Source: Narcine bancroftii
Lineage: Eukaryota
Direction of reading: 5' to 3'
DNA length: 64,000 nt
NCBI RefSeq assembly: GCF_036971445.1
Contig: NC_091471.1
Span: 185,628,001-185,692,000 of the forward strand
The position numbers and the translations under genes are program-made. Positions 39,389 through 52,663 of this stretch are shown piece by piece (the stretch's first letter is position 1; the number at the start of each line of letters is the position of its first letter). The notes beneath the pieces were generated by a model that was not told the DNA's origin, ran no database searches, and saw nothing but the letters and a program-made list of their open reading frames with translations.

Positions 39389-39813
39389 AGGCCCTTGTAA
39401 AATGGGGTTAACTGACCAGTTTGCCCAGTTAACGCCCCAGTTACACGACAGATAAAAAGGGTCCAACCGGGTCAACCTTGATGGAACCCAATCAGGTCCT
39501 TGACCTACCTCAGAGATAGTTAGGGAACCCAGTTAAACTTACCTAGGTTGTGTCCACAGGCGATTTGAACAGGAAGAAGCCTGACCTGTTTATTCTGCTG
39601 ATGTCAGCTCTTACTTGCATTTATCACTGGGCAGCCAGCATCTGAACATCTGGCAGTACTTCTGGTGAGTGCATGGCTCATCATTGCAGGGACAGATCCC
39701 CTTAAATCGCTGGGTACCCCATGCAATTTAAAAGGTGCTTCTAGCACCTTTTCCCCAGTAATCGCAGCCAGATCCCAGGAGGGCTACCCAAGTACTGCAA
39801 TTTAAAAGGGACT
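39389..39813. mobile_element. MITE family A copy 2 (opposite orientation)
   Basis: AGT|aggccctt...aaaagggact|ACT. Confidence 0.7.
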
Positions 39814-39846
39814 ACTGTAACACTGTACCCTGCACTCTGACTTTCT

Positions 39847-40566
39847 AGGCCCTTTCAAGCTGCCATGTAAAATGGGGTTAACCAGGCAAATTGCCCAGTT
39901 AGTGCCCCACTCATACGGCACCTCGAAAGGGTCCAACCCAGACAGCATGGTCCTAATCTAATCAACTCCCTGACATACCTCAGATATAGTCAGGAACTCA
40001 GTTAAACTTATCCAGGATGCATCCTCCGGCGGCTTGAACACCAAAATGGCCAACCCAGTCACAGCTTGCAGGCTGGCATCACAGGGAAACCCCTGGGTGA
40101 AGTGGCTGCTGCAATTGGGGGGTGAGGAGAGAGGTTGCTTCTGCAGAGCTTGGGGTTGGGGGAGGAAGAGGTCTCTACTGCAAATGGGAGAGGAGAGGGG
40201 TTGCTGCCATGGCAGCGGGGGGGAGGGGGAGGAGGGAAAAGAGAAGGGGCCGCAAACTGCCACTGCTGTAAATGCCACTCCAGTTGTGACAGCTCAACTT
40301 TTGCGGCAGCAAGATGTTGCTGAGGGGGGTGGGCACGATTGATGGGATGGGTGTTGATTGATGGGAGTGGGGGTCGATGGAGACTTACCGATGGTTCCCA
40401 ATTGCGTGACGCATCTCCACAGGGGCAGGATCCTCCTTAAGTTGCCAGTTTGGTGATTTAATGGGTCAATCCCCCTGCAGTTTAAAAGGTGTTGGAAGCA
40501 CCTTTGCCCCCTAATTGCACCTGGGTCCCAAGAGGGCTACTCAGGTGCTGCAGCTTAAAAGTGCCA
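39847..40566. mobile_element. MITE family A copy 3
   Basis: aggccctttcaagctgc...gcagcttaaaagtgcca|ACT inverted termini. Confidence 0.7.
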
Positions 40567-40603
40567 ACTGTCACACTGTACCCTGTAACTTACTGTGTCA
40601 TTC

Positions 40604-41889
40604 GACCTCTAGTACAATCCCAGGCATCTGCATATGACGGCTTTGCAATCAGGCAAGTGTGAAATGGGTAATTGCATTGTGGGATTGAAATGACCCAAGT
40701 TTTTGCATGAGTGCAGGAATGTGAAGGAAGAAAAGATTAAAATGAAGCTTCTAAATTTTGCAATGGGAAAGTCACAGCGGGAGAGAGAGGAAATAAATAG
40801 TAATAAATAGCAATAGCAGAAAATTTTTAAACTTGTGCTAAAGTGCACAATTTGTAAAGACGTGGGAAAAAGCAACAGTGGACCTGACTTCCCAGAATGC
40901 CGTGTGGCAGAGAAACCCCTCCATAAATGCTCTGTGCATACAACCCTTTTCTCTGCCGCATGGAATTCTGGGAGGGCAGGTCTGCCATCACTTTTTCCTA
41001 CGGTATTTGTAAATAGTAAGCGATAGTGCTACCAACTTTCCCACCCTGTTTAAAAATTGTCCACTATTGCTATTTATTGCTAGAACTTTCCCACGATCAC
41101 TTATAAAGGTTTATATAGGTTGGCACAATTACAGGAGCTGAAGGACTGTATATAAAGCTTAATTATGTTATAATTAGGCATAATAAATTTTGTTCAAATA
41201 TAAGATCATAATACATTGATCAGAATTTAGGGCACGAACAGTCCTAACCCCGGGGATAACTCTTTGCAAGTGTGAAAACGTTCAGTGTCCCAGTGAGGAG
41301 TGGTCAAGTGTGAAAAGCCAAACCCCCATTCATATACCAGGACACTGAATGGCCAGCCGATCCCTCCCTCCCAGCTATCGGTAGATCGCTCGCCCACCCG
41401 CTCCCTCCCTGTCGGTCAGTCGCCCACCCACCCTCCACCCCCCCCGCCCTTCAGGGCCACTTCAGCATGTCACGACAGTGGCAAAATGTGAGATGAATGG
41501 CCGATTTTGTTTCCCATAATCCCTCACACAGCTGGAACCACTCTGGGAAATACAGCTGTGTGAGGGATTATGGTTAAAAAGGACAGCCATTCATCCCGCA
41601 TAGTGCTGCCGTCATGATGGGTCGAAGCAGCTTGCTGTTCTCTGGCGGTAAGTTATCTTTTAATCGCCTACGTGATGCAGCATGCAAGCACTGACGTCAC
41701 GAGACTTCCCTGCTTGGCCATTTGGCTCTTCACACTGCAGGGAGAGGGCGGTCTGTGAAAATTTACCAGGGCTGCAGTAGGGCCCGTTTAAAATTCTCGG
41801 GATAACATTTTCACACCACAGGTTCACGGGAGGGTTCCCAGGAAAATTTCCGGGGAATCCCCATTTTACAATGAGGTGTGTAAAGGCCT
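40604..41889. mobile_element. MITE family B copy (reverse orientation, truncated) joined to a family C segment
   Basis: 40604-41355 is the reverse complement of the reassembled 42524-53086 element; right end ggtgtgtaaaggcct|AAT. Confidence 0.65.
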
Positions 41890-41986
41890 AATGTAACACC
41901 GCACCCTGCCCTCTGTTACTCACTATAATACCACATCCTGCCCTCTGTTACTCACTATAACACCATAACCTGCACTCTGACTCAGT

Positions 41987-42372
41987 AGCCTCTTTTGAAC
42001 TGTAGCACCTGGGTAGCCCTCCTGGGACCCAGGTGCGATTACTGGGGCAAAGGTGCTGGAAGCACCTTTTAAATTCCAGGGGATTGACCCATTAAATTGT
42101 CAACCCAGCAATTTAAGGGGGATCCCGCCCCTGTAATGACGCGTCACATACGCACTGGAAGTATTGCCGATTGTTCGGATGTTGTATACCCAGTGATGCA
42201 CATACGCAAGAGCTGACGTCACCAGAATAAACGGGTCAGCCATTTTAATTTTCAAATCGCCTGTGGACATGACCTGGGTAAATTTAACTGGGTTCCCTGA
42301 CTATCGCTGAGGTAGTGTTATAGTGCAAATTGCTCGGTTAACCCCATTTTACACGGCAGTTTGAAAGGGCCT
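41987..42372. mobile_element. MITE family A copy 4
   Basis: AGT|agcctcttttgaactg...cagtttgaaagggcct. Confidence 0.72.
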
Positions 42373-42619
42373 ATCTGACACCGCAACCTGCACTGTGACT
42401 CACTGTAACACCACACCCTGTATTCTGACTTGCTGTAACACCGCACTCTGCGACTCACTGTAACACCATACCCTGAACTTTGTGACTCACTGTAACAATG
42501 CACCCTGCACTCTGTGACTCAGTAGCCCCTTTTACACTTGCGTCCCACTAAATCGGCCATTCAGTGTCCCGGGATAGGAATGGCGTTTTTGCTGTTCACA
42601 CTTGACCACTCTTAACTGG

Positions 42620-45600
42620 TGTGGTGGTATGTCATGCATAATGTCATTAATAACATATAAGCCCCGGGGGATCCCTTCCCTCTCATTCTGGCCTAGGCTT
42701 GTACAGAGGCAAGACCAAGGCCACAAAGCCTATCTGTATACCAGTCTATTAAAATTAGTGTTTTACCTGCACTCTGCCTCGTGTGGTTTGATGCTAGTAG
42801 CCTACAATTTAATAGAGTGCTATGCATCTCCAGAATGAACGCCCTGCTAGACCTCGACTCAGCCGAGGCTCAGGCACGGAAACGGGCCCTGAGCACATGC
42901 AGCCAAAAACAGACCCTCAGAAAGCTGCAAGATTGGGATCAAGAGCGAGGGGGGAGCCCACCCCACAGTCGTGGTGAATTTTAGAAACACCCCGGAACAG
43001 GTAACAAGTGGCAGAGTGCCCTACTTGCTCACGAACTCACCGGGACCAGGATCAGCCGTGCAGCACGCGGGGATCCCGGGGCAAGTAATGAGTGGCAGAG
43101 TTGCCCTGTTCGCGAACTCACCAGGGCAGCACGCGGGGTACTTTGTGTACGACCAGGAGTCATGCCAGACACAGATGAAGGGCATTCGGCAAGTCGCCTT
43201 GCCGATCGCGGTTTACCATCAGGATCAGGGGGATGGTCTGTTACCCGAAGCCACCCCCAACCGTCTCCGACTCCCCGGAGGGGGCCCGCGTCTCTGCAGG
43301 GGCGAGCGACCACATGCGAAAGGGATCAGACCCAGCACGCGCATACCCCCCAGCTATTGAACCACAAGCTGAGGCTCAGCCAGGTACTGTGGCCAGAGAA
43401 GCTTGAGCTGGATCCCAGAACCCCCGGTGGGAGCATGCATTTTGGCCGGTGGTATAGGTGTTTTTTAAATTATGCGAGGGTAGAGGGAGCATCAGAGGAG
43501 GAAATGCTGGTGCTACTGCTGGCTCAGCTAGGAGATCGTCCGTACTCATTAATTCAGGATGCCAAGTCATACCGGGAAGCAATGGACACTTTGCAAAGAC
43601 ATTATAATAGGGGGCACATCTAGCTGCACTCCAGGCACAGGTTCATGACCAGGTCACAGCAAGCAGGGGAGTCTGTTAGAGACTTTATACTCACGCTAAA
43701 GGATATGGCGAGGGCTTGCAATTTTAAGACAGTATTTGCCCAAGAGTATGCAGACGACCTGGTGAGGGACTGAATTGTAGCCAGGGTCAGGTCAACAGAG
43801 ATAAGACAGAGCCTATTCGAAAAGGGGACAGTGAGGCTAGATAAGGCTGAAACCATTGTGGAGGCTCTGGAGGACTCTAGGAGGGACCTAGAGGAGTACA
43901 CTGAGCTGGACTCGTGGGCCACTTACAGGGAAAGGTACATGGGTGAACAAGGGCAACATTCCGCAGCAACTGCCTCATTAGACTGTTCCAAGTGCGTTTT
44001 ATGTGGGCAGCTAAAGCACCTCAGAGCACACTGTCCAGCTAAGGAGAAGCACTGCTTGAGGTGTGGAAAGAAGGGGCATTATGCAAAAGTATGCAGAAGC
44101 CTCAAGGCTCCCGCCAAAGCCCTCCCTCATGCAAATGAGAGGTGGGAAAGATCTTCTCCTTCCCCCACAGGCAAGACAAAGCAGTGCACCATGTGCTGTT
44201 GGCCATCTTGGGACTCCAGGCAGAGGACACAGCGACCAGATGATGGCTTCGGTACCGAGTGCTACGATCGAGGTTGGGATAAAAACTCCTATCAGAATGG
44301 AGGAAGCACCAGGCTGGCCTCATTACGGTAAGTCCGCACAACCTATTGGACACGACCATTAGTATTAAGGTTAACGGGGCTACTGTAAATTGTTTGGTGG
44401 ATAATGGGAGTACAGAGAGTTTTATAGACCAAAGATTGGTAGAACACCTCGCGTTAAAAACATACCCCAGTGACCATCAGATCCTAATGGCATCTAACAA
44501 CCATGTGACTAAGGGCAACCACTTCTGCAGGGTCAATCTGGAAATCCAGGGTATGGCGCATGAGGAGTTTAAATTGCTGGTGCTTCCACGCCTCTGTGCT
44601 CTAGTGCTGCTGGGGATGGATTTTCAGTGCCAACTGAAAGCATCATAATGGTGCACGATGGGCCACTTCCCCCATTAATCCTTAGAAGGAAGCGTTACTG
44701 CAACCTCACAGCCCTGAACATAGAGCCCCCCCCCCCCTTTATTCATGCACCTCACGCCTGACTGCACCAAGAGCAAGAGGTACAGCCCAAAAGACAGGGA
44801 GTTTATCGGTACAGAAGTCCATAGACTCCTGCAGGAGAACATTATAGAAAAGAGTTCCAGTCCCTGGAGAGCACAAGTAGTGGTAGTGAAGTCCGGGGAG
44901 AAGAGGCGTGTGGTTGTAGACTACAGTCAGACTATCAACAAATTCACGCAGCTGGATGCATACCCACTTCCGCATATCGCGAACATAACATAACAATTAC
45001 AGCACGAAAACAGGCCATTAGGCCCTTCTAGTCCGCACCGAACCAAACACCCCTTTCTAATCCCACCTCCCTGCACAATGCCCATAACCCTCCATCTTCT
45101 TCTCATCCATATACCTGTCCAACCTTTTCTTAAATAATACAATTGACTCCGCCGCCACTATTTCTCCCGGAAGATCATTCCACACAGCTACCACTCTCTG
45201 AGTAAAGAAGTTCCCCCTCATGTTACCTCTAAACCTCTGCCCCTTAATTCTTAACTCATGTCCTCTTGTTTTAAACTTTCCTCCTCTTAACGGAAATAGT
45301 CTATCCACATCCATTTTGTCTATCCCTTTCATAATCTTAAATACTTCTATCAAATCCCCTCTCAACCTTCTACGCTCCAAAGAATAAAGACCCAATCTGT
45401 CCAATCTCTCCCCATACTCCAGATGCTTAAACCCAGGCAACATTCTGGTAAACCTTCTCTGCACTCTCTCCACTCTGTTTATATCCTTCCTATAATTAGG
45501 CGACCAGAACTGCACACAGAACTCCAAATTAGGCCGCACCAACGTCTTATACAATCTCAACATCACCTCCCAACTCCTATATTCCATGCAATGATTGATA

Positions 45601-48600
45601 AAGGCCAGCATACTAAAAGCCTTCTTCACCACCCTATTCACGTGAGTTTCTACCTTCAGGGAACGATGTACCGTCACTCCTAAATCTTCCTGCTCTTCTG
45701 TATTCCTCAATGCTCTCTCATTTACCACATATGTCCTATTCTGATTCTTCTTACCAAAATGAAGCACCTCACACTTATCAGCATTAAATTCCATCTGCCA
45801 TTTTTCAGCCCACTTTTCTAAGCAGCCCAAATCCCTCTGCAATCCTTCTTCATTATCCACTATTCCACCTATCTTAGTATCGTCTGCATATTTACTAATC
45901 CAATTCACCACCCCATCATCTAGATCATTAATGTATATAACGAACAACAATGGGCCCAATACAGATCCTTGAGGCACACCACTGGTCACCGGCCTCCAAC
46001 CTGACAGACAATTATCCACTACCACTCTCTGGCCTCTCCCTTTCAGCCAATGTTCAATCCATTTGACTATCTCAAAATTTATACCTAAAGACTGCACCTT
46101 CCTAACTAACCTTCCATGTGGTACCTTATCGAAGGCCTTACTGAAGTCCATATAGACAACATCCACTGCGCTACCCTCATCCACATTCCTAGTCACCTCT
46201 TCAAAAAATTCAATCAGATTGGTCAAACATGACCTTCCTCCCACAAATCCATGTTGAGTGCTCCTGATCAGACCCTGTCTATCCAGATGTTTATAAGTAC
46301 TATCTCTAAGAATTTTCTCCATTAATTTACCTACCACAGACGTCAAACTTACAGGCCGATAGTTGCCAGGCTTCCTCCTTGAACCCTTTTTAAATAACGG
46401 AACCACATGCGCAATGCGCCAATCCTCCGGCACTATCCCCATATCTAATGACATGGTAAACAGCATTGCCCAGTACAAAGTGTTCTCCACTAGAGACCTC
46501 AAGGCAGCGTACCACCAGTTGCCCATTAGAAAGAACGATAGGATATATACGGCGTTCAAAGCGAACAGCAGGTTGTACCAGTTCCTCACCTCCCCTTTGG
46601 TATCACCAATGGGGTATCCCTGTTCCAGCGGAAGATGGACCACATAGTGGACGAGTACCACTTACCTGGACAATGTTATGTTCTGCGGTCACTCACAAGC
46701 TGACCATGATGCTAACCTTCAACGTTTTTTTCAGGCAGCAAAAGACTGCAATTTAACATACAATAAGGATAAACGTGTCTTTAGCACCAGGAAGTTAGCA
46801 ATCCTGGGCTACGTGTTGCAAAATGGGGAAATCAGCCTGGACACGGCCCGCATGCGCCTGCTGCTAGACCTCCCCATCCCTCATTCTCAAAAGACATTAA
46901 AGAGGTGTCTGGGGCTGTTTACATACTATGTGCAGTGGGTTCCCAATTATACCGACAGGGCCCACCCACTCATAAAGGCCTCAACTTTTTCACCTCAGCC
47001 CTGCTGCTATCAAAGCCAAAGAGATCAAGAATCTGATAGCAAAGGCAACCCTGCGATCCATTGACAAGACCATCCCTTTTCAGGTGGAGACCGACACCTC
47101 AGATGTGGCGTTGGCGGCCAGCCTGAATCAAGAATCATTGCCGGTGGCCTTTTTCTCGCGGACCCTCCAGGGGTCCGAGGTAAGACACTTGGCAGTGGAG
47201 AAGGAGGCCCAGGCCATTGTGGAAGCAGTGCGGCACCGGAGATATTTTCTGGCCTGTAAACGCTTCACCCTTGTCACGGACCAACGATCTGTGGCGTTCA
47301 TGTTCGATAACCAGAACAGGGGGAAGATAAAGAATGATAAAATCTTGCGCTGGAGGATAGAATTGTCGACGTACAGCTACGACATCCTATACCGTCCAGG
47401 GAGGCTCAATGAACCCTTAGACGCATTGTCCAGGGGCACTTGCGCGGCCCTTAATCACATGTCCCAGCTGCAGAGCTTGCACAATGAGTTGGGCCACCCA
47501 GGAGTCACGAGGCTCTTCCACTTTGTCAGGGCCCAAAACCTCCCATTCTCAGTGGAGGAGCTACAGATGGTAAGCAGGGGTTGCCCCATCTGTGCGGAAT
47601 GTAAACTGCAGTTCCACCGACCAGACAGCGTCCCTTTAATAAAAGCTACCAGGTCTTTCGAGCGGCTTAGCCTTGACTTCAAAGGCCAACTCCCGTCCTA
47701 CAACAGGAACAATTATTTCCTAAAGGCTATCGACGAGTACTTACAGTTCTCCTTTACTATCCCGTGTCCCAATGTCACCCCAGCCACAGTAATAAAGTGC
47801 CTGCAATCTATATTCAGTTTGTGTGGGTACCCTAGCTATATACACATGGATAGGGGTGCTGCCTTCATGAGCACCGAGGTCCAATAGTACCTCAGGGATA
47901 GAGGCATTGTGACCAGTTGCACGAGTTATAACCCTTGGGGAAATGGGCAGGTAGAAAGGGAGAACGCCACCATCTGGAAGACGGTTCTGCTAACTCTCAA
48001 AGCAAAGGACCTACCAGTAGCAAGGTGGCAAGATGTGTTACCAGAGGCTTTGCACTCCATACGCTGTTTATTGTGTACCGCCACTAACGTGACACCACAT
48101 GACCGCATCTTTTCTTTCCTGAGGAAAGCTGCGACAGGCACCGTGCTGCCTAGATGGCTGATGTCGCCAGGACCGGCCCTCCTCTGCAAGCATTGCAGAC
48201 GCCACAGGACGGACCTGTTGGTGGAGCCCGTGGAAGTGAGGCACGTGAACCCTCACTGCACCTACGTCGCATTCGAGGATGGATGGGAAGACTCAGTGAC
48301 AACCAGGGACCTCGCACCGACAGGAGACATGGGCAGCACAGAAGAACTACAGAGCCCTACAGATCAGCAGGACGGGCTGGCAGACCACGCAGGAGTACCA
48401 CAGGCTCCAAAGGATCAGCAGGAAGGAACCACGGTCGACGTGGGAGGGTCGCGGACCCCCATGGAGCAGCATGAAGAGCGGCAGACGAACACACCCCCAC
48501 GGGCGGAAAGCCCTGCACCCACGCACCATACTCTCGCCCAGGGCCAAGACTCCCAGGCCCTGGCACCCCCCATCTCCCCGCCCCGGCCCCCTGAAGGTCC

Positions 48601-48902
48601 AGAAGGAAGAGGAAACCATGTCAAATACTGGACATAAATGGGTGCAAAGAGACAGAGGGGGTAGGGGGGAGGGTCAGTCACAATTTTTTAAGGGGGGGGT
48701 GCATAATGTCATTACACCACTAGGTCACCAGGTGGCTCACCTGGTGACCTTGTATATAAGCCCGGGGGATCCCTTCCCCCTCATTCTGGCTTATGCTTGC
48801 AGAGGCAAGACCAAGGCCTCAAAGCCTAGCTTTATACCAGTCTATTAAAACTAGTGTTTTACCTGCACTCTGCCTCGTGTGCTTTGATGCTAGTAGCCAA
48901 CA
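42620..48902 (+). mobile_element. Gypsy/Ty3 LTR retrotransposon, decayed
   Basis: LTRs 42620-42806 and about 48700-48902; ACTGG TSD; G-rich PPT; gag with CCHC knuckle (CLRCGKKGHYAKVC); protease (CLVDNGST); RT (SPWRAQVVVV, DAYPLP); RNase H (ETDTSD, VEKEAQA); integrase (HPGV..CPIC, LSLDFKG, GNGQVER). Confidence 0.92.
44987..46450 (-). mobile_element. Young 5'-truncated CR1 inserted in the Gypsy RT
   Basis: Uninterrupted RT frame (QGSVLGPLLF, YADDTK) of about 465 codons; (ATGTT)n tail; splits Gypsy PLPHIAN|MVNSIAQY. Confidence 0.92.
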
Positions 48903-49263
48903 ACTGGGACACTGCATACATTCACACTTGCAATGAGCCATCCCTGGGGTTAGGACTGTTCCACCTTCGACCGGTGATGTCATGATGCAATGGTGGACCT
49001 GCCTTAAATCCTGATCAATGTATTATGACCTTATATTTGAACAAAATTAATCATGCCTAATTATAACACAATATGAGCCCTTCAGTCCCTGTGGTTGATT
49101 CATCGACCTATATAAACCTTTATGAGGGTCCATGGGAAAGTGCTAGCAATAAATAGCAATATTGGACAATTTTTAAACAGCGTGGGAAAGTTGGTACAAT
49201 TCATAAAGACCATGGGGAAAAAGTGATGGCAGACCTGCCCTCTCAGAATTTTGTGTGGCAGAG

Positions 49264-51363
49264 GGTACAGAGTAGAAATTTTGAGGGTACAGAGTAGTTA
49301 TGTCTCAGTGTGGATTAAAGGAAAGGCTGGAAGTCATAGGGAGGCTTGGTTTTTGAGGAATATTGGAAATTTGGTTAGGAGAAAAAGGGAGGTGTACAAG
49401 AGGTATAAAGAGCAGGGAGCTGAGAAGTTGAAGGAGGACTACAAGGAGTGTAGAAGGAATCTTAAGAAAGAAATTAGAAAGGCCAAAAAAAGGCATGAAG
49501 AGGCTTTGGCTGACAGAGTAAAAATAAATCCAAAGGGTTTCTATAAGTACATTAAAAGTAAAAGATTAGTGAGAGATAAAATTGGACCCCTTGTAGATAG
49601 CGAGGGTAGGCTGAGTGAGAAGTCTGAGGAAATGGGGGAAATTTTGAATGATTTCTTTGCCTCGGAATTCACTAGGGAAAAAAATGTTGAACCAGTTGAA
49701 GTAAAGAAAAATGTGGGGAGGTCATGAAGCATATAAGGATAACCAAGGAGGTAGTGATGGCTGTGTTAAAAAAGATAAAGGTGGATAAATCTCCCGGACC
49801 GGACAAAATATTCCCTCGGACACTCAGGGAGGCTAGTGGACAGTTAGTGGGGCCATTAACAGAGATATTTAGGATGTCACTGGCCACGGGGGTGGTACCA
49901 AAGGATTGGAGGGTGGCGCATGTGGTTCCTCTGTTTAAGAAAGGGTCCAAATGCAAACCTGGGAATTATAGGCCTGTAAGTCTGACGTCTGAGGTGGGCA
50001 AGTTGATGGAAAGTGTTCTGAGGGATGCTATTTACAAATTTTTGGAGGTACAGGGATTGATAGGGAGCAATCAGCATGGTTTTGTCAGGGGTAGATCATG
50101 CTTGACAAACCTGATTGAGTTCTTCGAGGGGGTTACAAAAAAGGTTGATGAAGGGAAAGCTGTGGATGTTGTCTATTTGGACTTTAGTAAAGCTTTTGAC
50201 AAAGTTCCCCACAGGAGGTTAGGAAAAAAGGTGGAGGCATTAGGTATAAATAAGGAGGTAGTGAAATGGATTCAGCAGTGGTTGGATGGGAGGTGTCAGA
50301 GAGTAGTGGTAGAAAATTGTTTGTCCAATTGGAGGCCGGTGACTAGTGGAGTTCCTCAGGGTTCGGTCCTGGGTCCACTATTATTTGTTATATATATATT
50401 AACGATCTGGATGTAGGGGTGGAGAATTGGATAAGCAAGTTTGCGGATGACACAAAGATTGGTGGTGTTGTGGACAGTGAGGTAGATTACCGTAGATTAA
50501 AAGGTGATTTAGGAAGGCTGGAGGTGTGGGCTGAGAAATGGCTGATGGAATTTAATACAGATAAATGTGAGGTGCTACATTTTGGAAAGGCAAATTTAAA
50601 TAGGTCATATACATTGAATGGTAGACAATTGAGGAGTGCAGAGCAACAAAGGGATTTAGGAGTTATGGTAAATAGTACCCTCAAGACTGATACTCAGGTA
50701 GATGGTGTGGTGAAGAAGGCATTTGGAATGTTGGCCTTCATAAATCGGAGTATTGAATTCAAGAGTAGGGAGGTTATGATGAAATTGTACAAGGCATTGG
50801 TGAGGCCAAATTTGGAGTACTGTGTACAGTTTTGGTCACCAAATTATAGGAAAGATATAAACAAAATAGAGAGTGTGCAGAGAAGGTTCACGAGAATGTT
50901 GACAGGATTTCAGGGTCTGAGTTACAGGGAAAGGTTGTGCAGACTGGGGCTTTTTTCACTGGAGCGTAGAAGATTGAGGGGGGACTTGATAGAGGTGTTT
51001 AAGATTTTAAAAGGGACAGACAGAGTAAATGTGGATAGGCTTTTTCAATTAAGAAAGGGGGAGATTCAAACTAGAGGACATGGTTTATGATTGAAGGGGG
51101 AAAATTATAAGGGGAACATGAGGGGAAATTTCTTTACGCAGAGGGTGATGGGGATGTGGAATGAGCTTCTGGCAGACGTGGTCGAGGCGGGATCATTGGT
51201 TACATTTAAGGAAAGACTGGATCGTTACATGGATAGGAGGGGACTAGAGGGGTATGGACCGGGTGCTGGTCAGTGGGACTAGGAGGGTGGGGATTTACTA
51301 CGGCATGGACTAGTAGGGCCGAACTGGCCTGTTCTGTGCTGTAAGTGGTTATATGGTTATATG
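49264..51363 (+). mobile_element. 5'-truncated CR1 LINE
   Basis: RT frames 49724-51282 with few frameshifts; (ATGGTTAT)n tail. Confidence 0.92.
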
Positions 51364-51503
51364 GAGAAGGGGCTGTATACATGGCTGCATGCACGGACCA
51401 CTCGTGGAGGGGTTTCTCTGCTGCACGGAATTCTGCGAAGGGAGTCCGCCATCACTTTTCCCCCATCAGTCTTTATAAATTGTGCACATCTATCTTGGTT
51501 AAT

Positions 51504-52663
51504 GTGAGCTTGCAGGCGCCTCAGATTGAAGAGACTGCCATCCGTGCGGTACCGGATGTAAACAGCGTCTGAGGCGCCTGCAATCTGAGGCGCCTTCAAT
51601 CTGAGGCGCCTGCAAGCTCACACCAAGACACAAGAGAAACTTGTCCGTGAACTACTCTTTGCAGATGATGCCGCTTTAGTTGCCCATTCAGAGCCAGCTC
51701 TTCAGCGCTTGACGTCCTGCTTTGCGGAAACTGCCAAAATGTTTGGCCTGGAAGTCAGCCTGAAGAAAACTGAGGTCCTCCATCAGCCAGCTCCCCACCA
51801 TGACTACCAGCCCCCCCACATCTCCATCGGGCACACAAAACTCAAAACGGTCAACCAGTTTACCTATCTCGGCTGCACCATTTCATCAGATGCAAGGATC
51901 GACAATGAGATAGACAACAGACTCGCCAAGGCAAATAGCGCCTTTGGAAGACTACACAAAAGAGTCTGGAAAAACAACCAACTGAAAAACCTCACAAAGA
52001 TAAGCGTATACAGAGCCGTTGTCATACCCACACTCCTGTTCGGCTCCGAATCATGGGTCCTCTACCGGCACCACCTACGGCTCCTAGAACGCTTCCACCA
52101 GCGTTGTCTCCGCTCCATCCTCAACATCCATTGGAGCGCTCACACCCCTAACGTCGAGGTACTCGAGATGGCAGAGGTCGACAGCATCGAGTCCACGCTG
52201 CTGAAGATCCAGCTGCGCTGGATGGGTCACGTCTCCAGAATGGAGGACCATCGCCTTCCCAAGATCGTATTATATGGCGAGCTCTCCACTGGCCACCGTG
52301 ACAGAGGTGCACCAAAGAAAAGGTACAAGGACTGCCTAAAGAAATCTCTTGGTGCCTGCCACATTGACCACCGCCAGTGGGCTGATAACGCCTCAAACCG
52401 TGCATCTTGGCGCCTCACAGTTTGGCGGGCAGCAGCCTCCTTTGAAGTAGACCGCAGAGCCCACCTCACTGACAAAAGGCAAAGGAGGAAAAACCCAACA
52501 CCCAACCCCAACCAACCAATTTTCCCTTGCAACCGCTGCAATCGTGTCTGCCTGTCCCGCATCGGACTGGTCAGCCACAAACGAGCCTGCAGCTGACGTG
52601 GACTTTTTACCCCCTCCATAAATCTTCGTCCGCGAAGCCAAGCCAAAGAAAAGAAAGAGAAAG
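51504..52663 (+). mobile_element. Young 5'-truncated RTE LINE with 5' inversion
   Basis: LLFADDAAL, FTYLG, QLRWMGHV.RM..R.PK, C-terminal C2H2-like motif; TSD ATCTTGGTTAAT at 51492-51503 and 52664-52675. Confidence 0.92.

Noticed and set aside
46451-46661. N-terminus of the 534-aa RT ORF as a chimeric gene
   Set aside because: Antisense Gypsy RT sequence fortuitously in frame with the inserted CR1
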